Virus record (IMG/VR): IMGVR_UViG_3300032294_002877
Span: 1-64,000 of that record
Length of the DNA stretch: 64,000 bases
Direction: 5' to 3' (one strand)
DNA from: a virus
Part shown: in pieces, positions 17,962 through 26,162 of the stretch
How the letters are laid out: every line of letters starts with the position of its first letter
How positions within the stretch are numbered: the stretch's first letter is position 1
Position numbers and translations under genes: made by a program
The notes under the pieces: generated by a model
The model's input: only the letters and a program-made list of their open reading frames with translations
Databases searched by the model: none
What the model was told of the DNA's origin: nothing

Positions 17962-18043
17962 CATCAAAAATATTTTTTCTACAGTTTTTCTCTTGACCAT
18001 ACCGATACCATAAGGTAGAATCGGTAGACACACGGAGAAAGAT

Positions 18044-18748
18044 ATGAAAACTGCTGATGGTAACGATAAGTTGGGTAAGGGTTGCATTGTGGTTTCGCGT
18101 CCGGTTGGCGACACTTGCCCACCCGATTGTGATTATCTTGGTAATGGCTGCTATGCCGAGGCTACCGAGAATCAGTACAAAAATGCCCGTACTGCCGGGT
18201 TTGCTAATGTTGTTACAGAAAAGCATAAGATTCGCTCTATGATTCTTGACGCTAAAAAGCGTGAGAAAAGTATCCGTTGGCATGAGCGTGGCGATTGGTT
18301 TCTCAATGGCGAACTTGACCTAGACTATCTTGCTAATGTAACGTGGGCTTGTGAAAGTATACTTGCCGATGGCGATACTCTACCCGATATGTGGTTTTAT
18401 ACTCATATCTACGATAATCGTCTGGTAAGTCTTAGTAAGTATATGGCAGTATATGCCAGTGTCCATGACGATAAGGATATGGGCGAGGCTATGGCACAAG
18501 GTTTCAAACTGTTCGCGTGGTGCGACAGCGATATGAAGATTGCCCCAAAGCGTCCCAAGCACAAGCCGAAAGCCGAGGCTTGGCGTAAGGCGTTGCCAAA
18601 ACTTGTTGTGTTGAACGGCGAGAAGTTTGTAACGTGTCCAGAGATTCGTCGTGGTCGTGCGGTTATTACTTGTACGGGCACGAAGGATAGTATCGAGTGT
18701 AATATGTGCGTCAAGGGTTTGGCTAACGTGTTATTTCCTGCTCACTAG
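18044..18748 (+). CDS. Gp88-like Cys-rich protein (possible Fe-S/radical-SAM-like)
   Basis: TCPPDCDYLGNGCYA, IRWHERGDW and C-terminal TCPE...C...CNMC motifs. Confidence 0.55.
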   Translation: MKTADGNDKLGKGCIVVSRPVGDTCPPDCDYLGNGCYAEATENQYKNARTAGFANVVTEKHKIRSMILDAKKREKSIRWHERGDWFLNGELDLDYLANVTWACESILADGDTLPDMWFYTHIYDNRLVSLSKYMAVYASVHDDKDMGEAMAQGFKLFAWCDSDMKIAPKRPKHKPKAEAWRKALPKLVVLNGEKFVTCPEIRRGRAVITCTGTKDSIECNMCVKGLANVLFPAH

Positions 18749-18922
18749 GATTTGCTATGAAATATTGGGAAAAAATTGAAGACGATAAAGTTAGAAGTGT
18801 TTGGCGTTGCCCATTATGTACTGATGAAGTAAACATTGAACCTTCTTGGTATCAGTATAATGGTACTCCAATGTGTGTCGATTGTGACGAAGATATGTAC
18901 TATCTAAAAACGGAGACTAATC

Positions 18923-19183
18923 GTGGCTAAGTATTATATCAAATGCGGATCTTTAGAACTAATCTACAGCACAAGCGAAACTCCGTTTGAGGCGGCGTGT
19001 GCTACGCTATGGGAGTGTAACGATTTTGATATTCTGGACGAAAACTTTTATATTGACGAACGAGGATTCCGAGACTACGCATCTGCACAACCAGATACGG
19101 TGGTTATCCCCCTAAATGAAGTAGCAGACCATGAGGGATGGAGTCTTAGTAGCGATAGCGATGAAGACTGTGAAGGTAAGTAG
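18923..19183 (+). CDS. Hypothetical protein
   Basis: GGAG RBS with GTG start; the stop lies inside repeat copy 12. Confidence 0.65.
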   Translation: MAKYYIKCGSLELIYSTSETPFEAACATLWECNDFDILDENFYIDERGFRDYASAQPDTVVIPLNEVADHEGWSLSSDSDEDCEGK

Positions 19184-19254
19184 TTACGGCGTAAGGACTT
19201 AGGGCAAGGGGGCGCGGCCCGGCTCGATGTAAGTCGTTACGCAGTAAGGATTTA
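19177..19254. repeat. Paired 25-bp IHF-like palindrome element, copy 12
   Basis: TAAGTAGTTACGGCGTAAGGACTTA, 28-bp spacer, TAAGTCGTTACGCAGTAAGGATTTA. Confidence 0.9.
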
Positions 19255-19314
19255 GGATTTTTTAAAGTTTGGTTTGGCGAATAGCCGATAAATGGTGTAG
19301 AAAGGGATTGACAG

Positions 19315-19662
19315 ATGAAACAAAATGTGGTACAACTACTTGTAGGATTGCTTGGGTTATTCGTTCTAGTGTGGGGCGAAGTCAAGCACTACAGTGAATC
19401 TCATCCAGAGATTCTCTCCAACCTACAAATAGAAGCAAGAAGGGCAGAACCTCTAGAGTATTACAACTATCAGGTCGCATATGATCCTAATAGTGGTAAA
19501 ACTTGGTATTATTACGGGGATGGATATTGGTATGACAAGCCGCCGCAAATACGAAAACGTCAAAATCAAGGTCAAGAAAAGGTGGGAACTGTCCACTGGG
19601 CATCGGGAACACCGCAACACGGTAATGGACAACCGAATCAAGCGACAGCGTACCCGAAATGA
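19315..19662 (+). CDS. Hypothetical membrane-anchored protein
   Basis: N-terminal hydrophobic segment. Confidence 0.6.
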   Translation: MKQNVVQLLVGLLGLFVLVWGEVKHYSESHPEILSNLQIEARRAEPLEYYNYQVAYDPNSGKTWYYYGDGYWYDKPPQIRKRQNQGQEKVGTVHWASGTPQHGNGQPNQATAYPK

Positions 19663-19703
19663 TATTGACAGGACTTGGCGTAACGACTATGATATGTAGT
19701 CTT

Positions 19704-19776
19704 GCCGATGTAACTCAGTTGGTAGAGTAACGGTTTTGTAAACCGTCTGTCGCCGGATCGTTCCCGGCCATCGGCT
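19704..19776 (+). tRNA. tRNA-Thr(TGT), non-canonical T loop
   Basis: GCCGATG/CATCGGC; ACGGT-TTTGTAA-ACCGT; T loop ATCGTTC. Confidence 0.85.
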
Positions 19777-19777
19777 C

Positions 19778-19848
19778 TCCGGGATGGTGAAACGGTATCA
19801 CAGAGGACTTTGGATCCTTTATTCTACGTTCGAATCGTAGTCCCGGAA
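19778..19848 (+). tRNA. tRNA-Gln(TTG)
   Basis: TCCGGGA/TCCCGGA; GAGGA-CTTTGGA-TCCTT. Confidence 0.88.
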
Positions 19849-19876
19849 TCGGAGGCTGACGTTAGAGTTACGGAGT

Positions 19877-19948
19877 TGGCGAGTAGCACAACGGTAGTGC
19901 AAGCGGCTGTTAACCGCTAGGTTACAGGTTCGAATCCTGTCTCGCCAG
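19877..19948 (+). tRNA. tRNA-Asn(GTT)
   Basis: TGGCGAG/CTCGCCA; GCGG-CTGTTAA-CCGC. Confidence 0.92.
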
Positions 19949-19951
19949 TTT

Positions 19952-20036
19952 GGAATCTTGGCAGAGTGGTCTAATGCAGCGGTTTACTAAACCGCCGAAG
20001 AGAAATCTTCCGGGGGTTCGAATCCCTCAGATTCCG
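19952..20036 (+). tRNA. tRNA-Ser(ACT), unusual A34 anticodon
   Basis: GGAATCT/AGATTCC, G discriminator, long variable arm; GCGGT-TTACTAA-ACCGC. Confidence 0.85.
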
Positions 20037-20040
20037 AATT

Positions 20041-20112
20041 GGCCCCATAGTATAATGGCTAGTATACCGGGCTTTCATCCCGGAGATCGGAGTTCGATCC
20101 TCCGTGGGGCTA
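20041..20112 (+). tRNA. tRNA-Glu(TTC)
   Basis: GGCCCCA/TGGGGCT; CCGGG-CTTTCAT-CCCGG. Confidence 0.9.
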
Positions 20113-20353
20113 CTAAAGTTTTGGGTCTTGACAGGACGATAAGAGTATGGTATGATCGAAGCAACCTCAGAGGGAAACATGAAGAAGATCAAGGTTTACA
20201 ATATCGTATTGGAAAATGGTACACAGCATTTTGGGGATATTATTCTTGAGATGGGTATGGATTTTACTTGGACTGACGTGTTCGATGAGATGGAAAAGAT
20301 TTTAGCCGAAAATGTCGATAGTTATAGTTATGAAGAAATAACTTGACACTGTT

Positions 20354-20426
20354 GGGTTTCTAACTCAATTGGTAGAGTAGCGGCCTTTTAAGCCGTAGGT
20401 TCTGGGTTCGAGTCCCAGGGAACCCA
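20354..20426 (+). tRNA. tRNA-Lys(TTT)
   Basis: GGGTTTC/GGAACCC; GCGGC-CTTTTAA-GCCGT. Confidence 0.92.
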
Positions 20427-20477
20427 CTTGACAGTTTAGCCAGTTTGGTGTATGATTGGGGAAAAGGAGAAAGTATT

Positions 20478-20639
20478 ATGGGTGAATACGAATACGATTA
20501 TGATCGTTTGGTTGATGACGCTGATGATCTGATGGAAGATGAGGATTACGGCGATGAGTCGTATGATTGCGACTATGTAAATGAACGCGAGTTTGATTGC
20601 TATTATCATACATTGACAGACGAATTGGCTGACGAATAA
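20478..20639 (+). CDS. Extremely acidic 53-aa protein
   Basis: AAGGAG RBS; MGEYEYDYDRLVDDADDLMEDEDYGDESYDCDY... Confidence 0.65.
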   Translation: MGEYEYDYDRLVDDADDLMEDEDYGDESYDCDYVNEREFDCYYHTLTDELADE

Positions 20640-20737
20640 ACTTTCTCCTCAACGGATGCAACTTGGTGGGACAAGTATTCTATAATAAGGATTATCCTTT
20701 CTCTCTCTTCTAGTACGTTCGAATCGTACCATCCGTT

Positions 20738-21247
20738 ATGAGCAATATTCTGAATCAAAATGTTGAAGATGTTCGGCATACTGCTGATGGCAAATTTATC
20801 CAAGGTGCCAGCCACACTTGTCGAGTGATTAATCACAAATCACGCAATAAGATTATCATCAAGGCTATCTGCGATCTGCGTAAGATTAAAGATAGTTTCG
20901 ACACAATCTCCTGTTGCGGGGTGAGTGGTTTAATGGTGGTTCCACAAATTGCCGAGATTCTAGAAAAGAATATTCTGGTAGTTCGTAAGGATGAACGACG
21001 CTATAGTGAATTCCTAATGGAAGGGGCTGCTCCTTACCGGTATATTATAGTAGATGATCTGGTGTGTTCAGGACGAACGGTACGCTATATCAAGAATACG
21101 ATCTATGAGGATAATCCACGGGCTAAGTGTGTTGGCGTGTATTGCTATATCCCAGATGAGTGTGCGTATGTCGGGGATGAAGGGATTAAACTGTTTCATA
21201 GAGATTTTGGTACTACGCTTCTAAACCCTTACCACAAAACAACTTAG
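20738..21247 (+). CDS. Type I phosphoribosyltransferase-family protein
   Basis: PRPP-binding motif YIIVDDLVCSGRTV. Confidence 0.8.
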   Translation: MSNILNQNVEDVRHTADGKFIQGASHTCRVINHKSRNKIIIKAICDLRKIKDSFDTISCCGVSGLMVVPQIAEILEKNILVVRKDERRYSEFLMEGAAPYRYIIVDDLVCSGRTVRYIKNTIYEDNPRAKCVGVYCYIPDECAYVGDEGIKLFHRDFGTTLLNPYHKTT

Positions 21248-21299
21248 GACAAATCGGGGCGGCCCGGCCAGCCCTAAGTCCTTACGCCACAAACACTTA
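21222..21299. repeat. Paired 25-bp IHF-like palindrome element, copy 13
   Basis: Halves at 21222-21246 and 21275-21299; overlaps the end of the PRTase gene. Confidence 0.88.
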
Positions 21300-21330
21300 C
21301 GTCACGAAAATTTTTCCACAAGTTTTCCGC

Positions 21331-21358
21331 TTGACACGCCGATAAGATATGGTAGAAT
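21331..21358 (+). promoter_or_regulatory. sigma70-type promoter with GCCGATA spacer box
   Basis: TTGACA-CGCCGATAAGATATGG-TAGAAT. Confidence 0.75.
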
Positions 21359-21394
21359 CAGTGAAGTAGAACGAAGTACGATAACACGAAGGAG

Positions 21395-22348
21395 ATGATG
21401 ATGCCTGCTGCTGTTGAAAAGATGATGTTTGTTGGTGCTACCCCGTGGCACGGTGAGGGTACGCAACTCGACGAGAATCCGTCGATCAGCGAAGCGATTA
21501 CCGCTGCTGGTCTGGATTGGGAAGTCGGGACAAAGCCGCTGTTTACGGCGGAGGGTACGGAAGTCAATGCGAAGGCCACCTATCGCAAGAGCGATAATCG
21601 GGTGCTGGGCGTTGTGGGTCCGCGTTACACTCCGTTGCAGAATCAGGATGCTTTCGATTGGTTCCAGCCGTTTCTCGACGCTGGCGAGTGCCAACTCCAT
21701 ACGGCTGGCTCGCTCTGCGAAGGTGAGAAGGTTTGGGTTCTCGCTCAACTCAATCGTGAGAACAGCGAGATTGTTCCCGGTGACGAGGTGAGCAAGTTTA
21801 TCCTGCTGTCTAACAGCCACGACGGTTCAACGTCGATCCGCGTCGGATACACTCCGATTCGCGTGGTCTGCGTCAACACGCTCGCGGCTGCTCATCGCAG
21901 CAACGATAGCCAGTTGATTCGGATTCGTCACACACGCTCCAGCAAGGTCAATCTGGAGAACGTGCGAGATATCATGGATAATATCAACGTGCAGTTTGAG
22001 GCTACTGCGGAACAGTATCGGTTCCTCGCTAGCAAGAATTTCAACCAGAACGATATCAAGCGTTATGTCAAGGTGATGCTCGGTATCGATAAGACTCCGG
22101 ACGAGGATATCAAGACTCGCACGAAGAATATCATGGACGAGATTCTCGCCCTTGTGGAAGGTCCGAAGCAAGCCGCAACCAATGTTCGCGGAACTTGGTG
22201 GGCTGCTTACAACGGGTACAACGAGTACCTCAACTACAACAAGGGTCGTAACGTGAGCAATCGACTCGATTCGCTCTGGTTCGGCCAGAATGGGGTTGAC
22301 AACCTCAAGGCACTCAACACTGCTGTGGAGTTTGCGAACGCCGTCTGA
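21395..22348 (+). CDS. DUF932 (TIGR03299-like) phage/plasmid protein
   Basis: TPWHGEG, AGLDWEV, VLGVVGxRYTPLQN, LLSNSHDGS, PIRVVCVNTL and RIRHT motifs. Confidence 0.9.
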   Translation: MMMPAAVEKMMFVGATPWHGEGTQLDENPSISEAITAAGLDWEVGTKPLFTAEGTEVNAKATYRKSDNRVLGVVGPRYTPLQNQDAFDWFQPFLDAGECQLHTAGSLCEGEKVWVLAQLNRENSEIVPGDEVSKFILLSNSHDGSTSIRVGYTPIRVVCVNTLAAAHRSNDSQLIRIRHTRSSKVNLENVRDIMDNINVQFEATAEQYRFLASKNFNQNDIKRYVKVMLGIDKTPDEDIKTRTKNIMDEILALVEGPKQAATNVRGTWWAAYNGYNEYLNYNKGRNVSNRLDSLWFGQNGVDNLKALNTAVEFANAV

Positions 22349-22372
22349 TCTTCAGTCACGATGAAGAGTGAA

Positions 22373-22416
22373 GCCGCCGTAGGGGTTGCCCAAGACCTCT
22401 GCGGCGGTTTCTTTTT
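22373..22416 (+). terminator. Rho-independent terminator
   Basis: GCCGCCGTAGGGGT / ACCTCTGCGGCGGT hairpin followed by TTCTTTTT. Confidence 0.75.
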
Positions 22417-22435
22417 AATCCGACGACATTTGACG

Positions 22436-22513
22436 TAAACCATTGGTATTAAAAGACTTAGGGCTCGCGGGGGCCGCAAATTTCGTCCTAAATTCAATAC
22501 TGGTAAGGACTTA
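22436..22513. repeat. Paired 25-bp IHF-like palindrome element, copy 14
   Basis: Halves at 22436-22460 and 22489-22513. Confidence 0.85.
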
Positions 22514-23079
22514 CGGAAAATTTTTATAGACAAGCGGCCAGAGTGCCGATATAATGGAAGGGAACGGGCGTAAGGTGTTTGGTGGTAATGGGTTAGGAAG
22601 AAATAGTAAAAGAATAAAATGAAAGATATCGAAAGAATATCACTAGACTAAAATGTATCACCTAATCTGGCCGGTTTGCGGTCTTGGCGATAGTCAGCGA
22701 GAATTATAACATCTATAGTCTACCTAACTCTATGATTCTCAACACCTTGCGTCGAGTGTTACTATATGGTATACTGGAGGATGTGAGAGAAGAGTATAAT
22801 CTCTTGAGATTTAGTCTCAGTATTTTACTGTCCCACCTAAATCATCAGGTTTGCGGTCTTGGCGATAGTCAGCCAAAAAATAGGGGTCTTTTTAAATTTG
22901 TGCAGGAAAGAATGAGGATTATTATATGAATGATATTGAAGCATTTTTCTATTCTTTGCATAGGGCAAAAATTCAGGGTGACTACTATATGGATACTAAT
23001 GATAGTAAGTATCTTGATGCTGCTGGTGATTATTTAAAGGCTGCTAGTATTTTTATTAACAATTTGAAGGGAGATAATT

Positions 23080-23397
23080 GTGAGAATAAATTCACTAGGG
23101 TATAGTCTGTTGATTCTTGCGGCCCTTTGCGGGTGCAAAAATAACAGAGAAATTTCGATCACCTTGCCAGAGGTTGAGGATATTAGTTCTTATGAGTATG
23201 ATTACTATAGCGGACAAAATGCTGCTGTATCTCAGTTTGGTGGGGATAATGATAATGATTTAATTGTCAATCTCCAGAATAAAAGAGTAATATCTTATGC
23301 GTCAGATAATAATCATCAGGGTTATGCTGACGGGTATCATAAGACTCTGGATATTCTTGATGCTCGAAACAATCCGAAATGTCCCGATCTTCATTAG
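23080..23397 (+). CDS. Putative lipoprotein
   Basis: Lipobox-like LAALCGC after a hydrophobic signal. Confidence 0.6.
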   Translation: MRINSLGYSLLILAALCGCKNNREISITLPEVEDISSYEYDYYSGQNAAVSQFGGDNDNDLIVNLQNKRVISYASDNNHQGYADGYHKTLDILDARNNPKCPDLH

Positions 23398-24154
23398 GAG
23401 ATTTTTATGTTGTCCCCAATTAAAGCTATTATAATTTCATCTGCTCTAATTAATCCTATTGATACATCCAAGCCCATTGTTTTATCGGGCGATTATACTA
23501 TTGAGGCTAATGAGTACCTGAGAAAAGTTAGGGTGCCTAGTACTCAAAAAGAAATTATCATTGATATTATGTATCAAGAGATTCTTCAGGAACTCAGAGA
23601 AGAGTCTAAGGTTAAGTATTGGATGCCATAGTCGACACTTGATGTAACCCTTGTATAGTCAAGGGGTTGCGTCAACCGATACCTATGGTATACTGATACT
23701 GACGAGTGCGGGACGCCTGGTTTTAATATTTACACAATACTCCAGTAGAATTTATCTATTGGTTTCCTTTCCAAAAGGGTTTTTAATGTTTGGCACTTTC
23801 CTGACGGTTAGTTTGGTTTTCGGAATCTACAGCGGTCTTTCATGCTGTGGGAGGTGATTCTTAAAATCTAACTACACGCTATTATAGGTCACCAATCAAG
23901 AAAAGCAAGTGTTATGATTAAATTCATTCACCTTTTATCAAGTTAGAGATTTCTAACGAAAGACCTAGAATAGTGGTTAGAAGTATAATAGATATTGTTA
24001 GTATATAGTATATTAACCCCGGACCTGCTAAATATATAATACAATTTCATGGTAGCGTCAAGAAAAGATTTTTTTATACGATACGATAGTAGTATCTTCT
24101 AGAAGCATAATAGTCTGGACACTATCCGGAACTCTTGTTACTATAATCTTATTC

Positions 24155-24227
24155 GCAAGAGTAACTCAATTGGCAGAGTGTCAGGTTTCCAACCTGAATG
24201 TTGAGGGTTCGATTCCCTTCTCTTGCT
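24155..24227 (+). tRNA. tRNA-Gly(TCC)
   Basis: GCAAGAG/CTCTTGC; TCAGG-TTTCCAA-CCTGA. Confidence 0.92.
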
Positions 24228-24431
24228 TTTAATTGTCGCACCTTAAGCATCGGATTTGATGTCTTGATGATAGTCAGCGAGAATGTGAGGTCCAAATGAT
24301 AGAGTGTTAAAAAAAGATTCTGCACTCGTTCGTTCATTTGGTTACTATACCATTAGCATACCACTGTCTCAGGTAATGCTTCGGGTTTGGTTTTTTTGGT
24401 TGTAGTCAGCCAAGTTTAGGGAAATAATAAA

Positions 24432-24839
24432 ATGAAAGTAGAACACTCAGAATTCCAAACAGTAAATGATACTACTTCTAATAAGTATTATACTAAGTTA
24501 GGTTCTCAGGATTTTATGGATGATGAGAGTAATCCTCGTCTTAACACTGAGAGTTCACTAACGTGCGCCAAGAGTGTTAAATCACCATTTTCCAAAACGT
24601 TTACATATGGTGAAACCCCCACATACAAATACTTTATTAAAACCGATCCCAATCACAACCTGTTTAATCCTGTCACTAACTTTTCTGGTATCGCTGCCCG
24701 CCCGAATTTTATCAACAAAATTTGCAAGAGCGAACAGGTTTATACTGAAGTTAATAAGTCTGTTTTTGATAAGTATGTTAGTTTTCTTCGCACTCTTAAT
24801 GTTCAATGGTTGACTAGTGCTCAACGAGAAATGAGATGA
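24432..24839 (+). CDS. Hypothetical protein
   Basis: 135-aa ORF following a tripartite motif. Confidence 0.65.
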   Translation: MKVEHSEFQTVNDTTSNKYYTKLGSQDFMDDESNPRLNTESSLTCAKSVKSPFSKTFTYGETPTYKYFIKTDPNHNLFNPVTNFSGIAARPNFINKICKSEQVYTEVNKSVFDKYVSFLRTLNVQWLTSAQREMR

Positions 24840-25013
24840 GAATATCTTTTTCTCTAAGAGAAAATATAGAGTGTGAGAAAATATGCCAGGGTATACAAAT
24901 GCTAATTCAAAAGAGCATGAATAGTCTGGACCCTAGCAAGACCCTTTTAGTTATTGATTTGATTCAAATAAACCAAGAAACTAATGATCTTATGCAACGA
25001 ATAGAATACAAAC

Positions 25014-25478
25014 ATGACTAATAAAATAGTAACAAACGAGAAACTATTCTACTCATGGAACGACTTTGAGACTGATTGTTACTCATTAGAAAAACAAATT
25101 GACAATAGCAGATGGATTCCTGACTATATTGTAGGGATCAAGCGGGGAGGCTTGATACCAGCAGTAAAGCTTAGTCATCTTTTTGGTAAACCTTTAATCT
25201 TGGTATCGTGTCAAACACGAGACGGAAATTCTTTTGTAGATTTGTTAGAGGCAGAACGAATTCCTAAACAGAAGAATATTTTGATAGTTGATGATATTTG
25301 TGATAGTGGACTAACATTCGAAAAGATTGTTGACACTTTCATAGAAAATAACTTTCTAAGTATACGGTGCTGTGCTCTGTATTACAATACTAGTCAGCCG
25401 TTTACTATTGATTACAACGCGAGAGAGATTGATAGGTTAACGGATAGTAAATGGATAGTGTTTCCTTGGGAGATTTAA
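25014..25478 (+). CDS. Purine (xanthine/hypoxanthine-guanine) phosphoribosyltransferase-like protein
   Basis: IVGIKRGGLIPA and ILIVDDICDSGLT motifs; C-terminal WIVFPWE. Confidence 0.88.
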   Translation: MTNKIVTNEKLFYSWNDFETDCYSLEKQIDNSRWIPDYIVGIKRGGLIPAVKLSHLFGKPLILVSCQTRDGNSFVDLLEAERIPKQKNILIVDDICDSGLTFEKIVDTFIENNFLSIRCCALYYNTSQPFTIDYNAREIDRLTDSKWIVFPWEI

Positions 25479-26124
25479 AATAAGATTTTGAGTTTGACCA
25501 TTCATTCACCCATGGTAAAATATAAGCCAGTGATGGAGCCGGTAACTAACTGAATCGGAGATTCGGGGAGTTGTTGGAATCATAAGCAAATTGTTTTATA
25601 CTTTTTTGTTTATGAGGTGACTTATGAAGACTTGGGTTATTAATAGTGTTAATCGTGAGGACATTCAAAGACGTTATATTGATAGGATACTGGGCGAATT
25701 AGACTTTATGCAGATTAAAGATAGGTTAAGGGACTATCTTAGTCTAGAAAAAGATAAATCGTCTAATAAAGCACTAGAGGCTGAGATACGCCACGAAGCG
25801 CCAGATATATTGGTTGATAATTGGGAGGACTTTGATGAGCCCGCCACCTTAATTAAGGAGGAACCTCATCATGCCTAGATTATTTACAAGAGTAATAACT
25901 TTTAAGATTGAGGGTGAAATTTATGACTCATCCACAACTCCTGAGAGTATTATAAGGAATTATACATTCGCGTTTAAAGATTACGGTGATGGAAAGGATC
26001 ACTGTTTCTTGGAAATGACGCATCATGATACTAGAGGTCGAATTACTAAAATATCAAGATTACCAAATATCAAAAAGTGGAAAAAACCTGACACAGAGTT
26101 CTTCCTAAAGTTGTGATATTGGTT

Positions 26125-26162
26125 AAGATAGCCCCCGACATAAACGTTGGGGGTTTATCTTT
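26125..26162 (+). terminator. Rho-independent terminator
   Basis: AAGATAGCCCCCGAC / GTTGGGGGTTTATCTT hairpin. Confidence 0.6.

Noticed and set aside
6499-22513. Dispersed repeats as a CRISPR array
   Set aside because: The copies are separated by hundreds to thousands of bases containing whole genes, the repeats are degenerate, and no cas genes are in the window.
6499-22513. Repeats as integron attC sites
   Set aside because: There is no consistent RYYYAAC...GTTRRRY boundary or single bottom-strand hairpin, no integron integrase is visible, and the cassettes carry their own promoters. Fixed double-palindrome geometry fits protein binding better. Recombination at these sites is not excluded.
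23644-23669. Additional IHF-like palindrome
   Set aside because: It is a single unpaired site with a 6-nt centre rather than 5, so it was not counted in the family.
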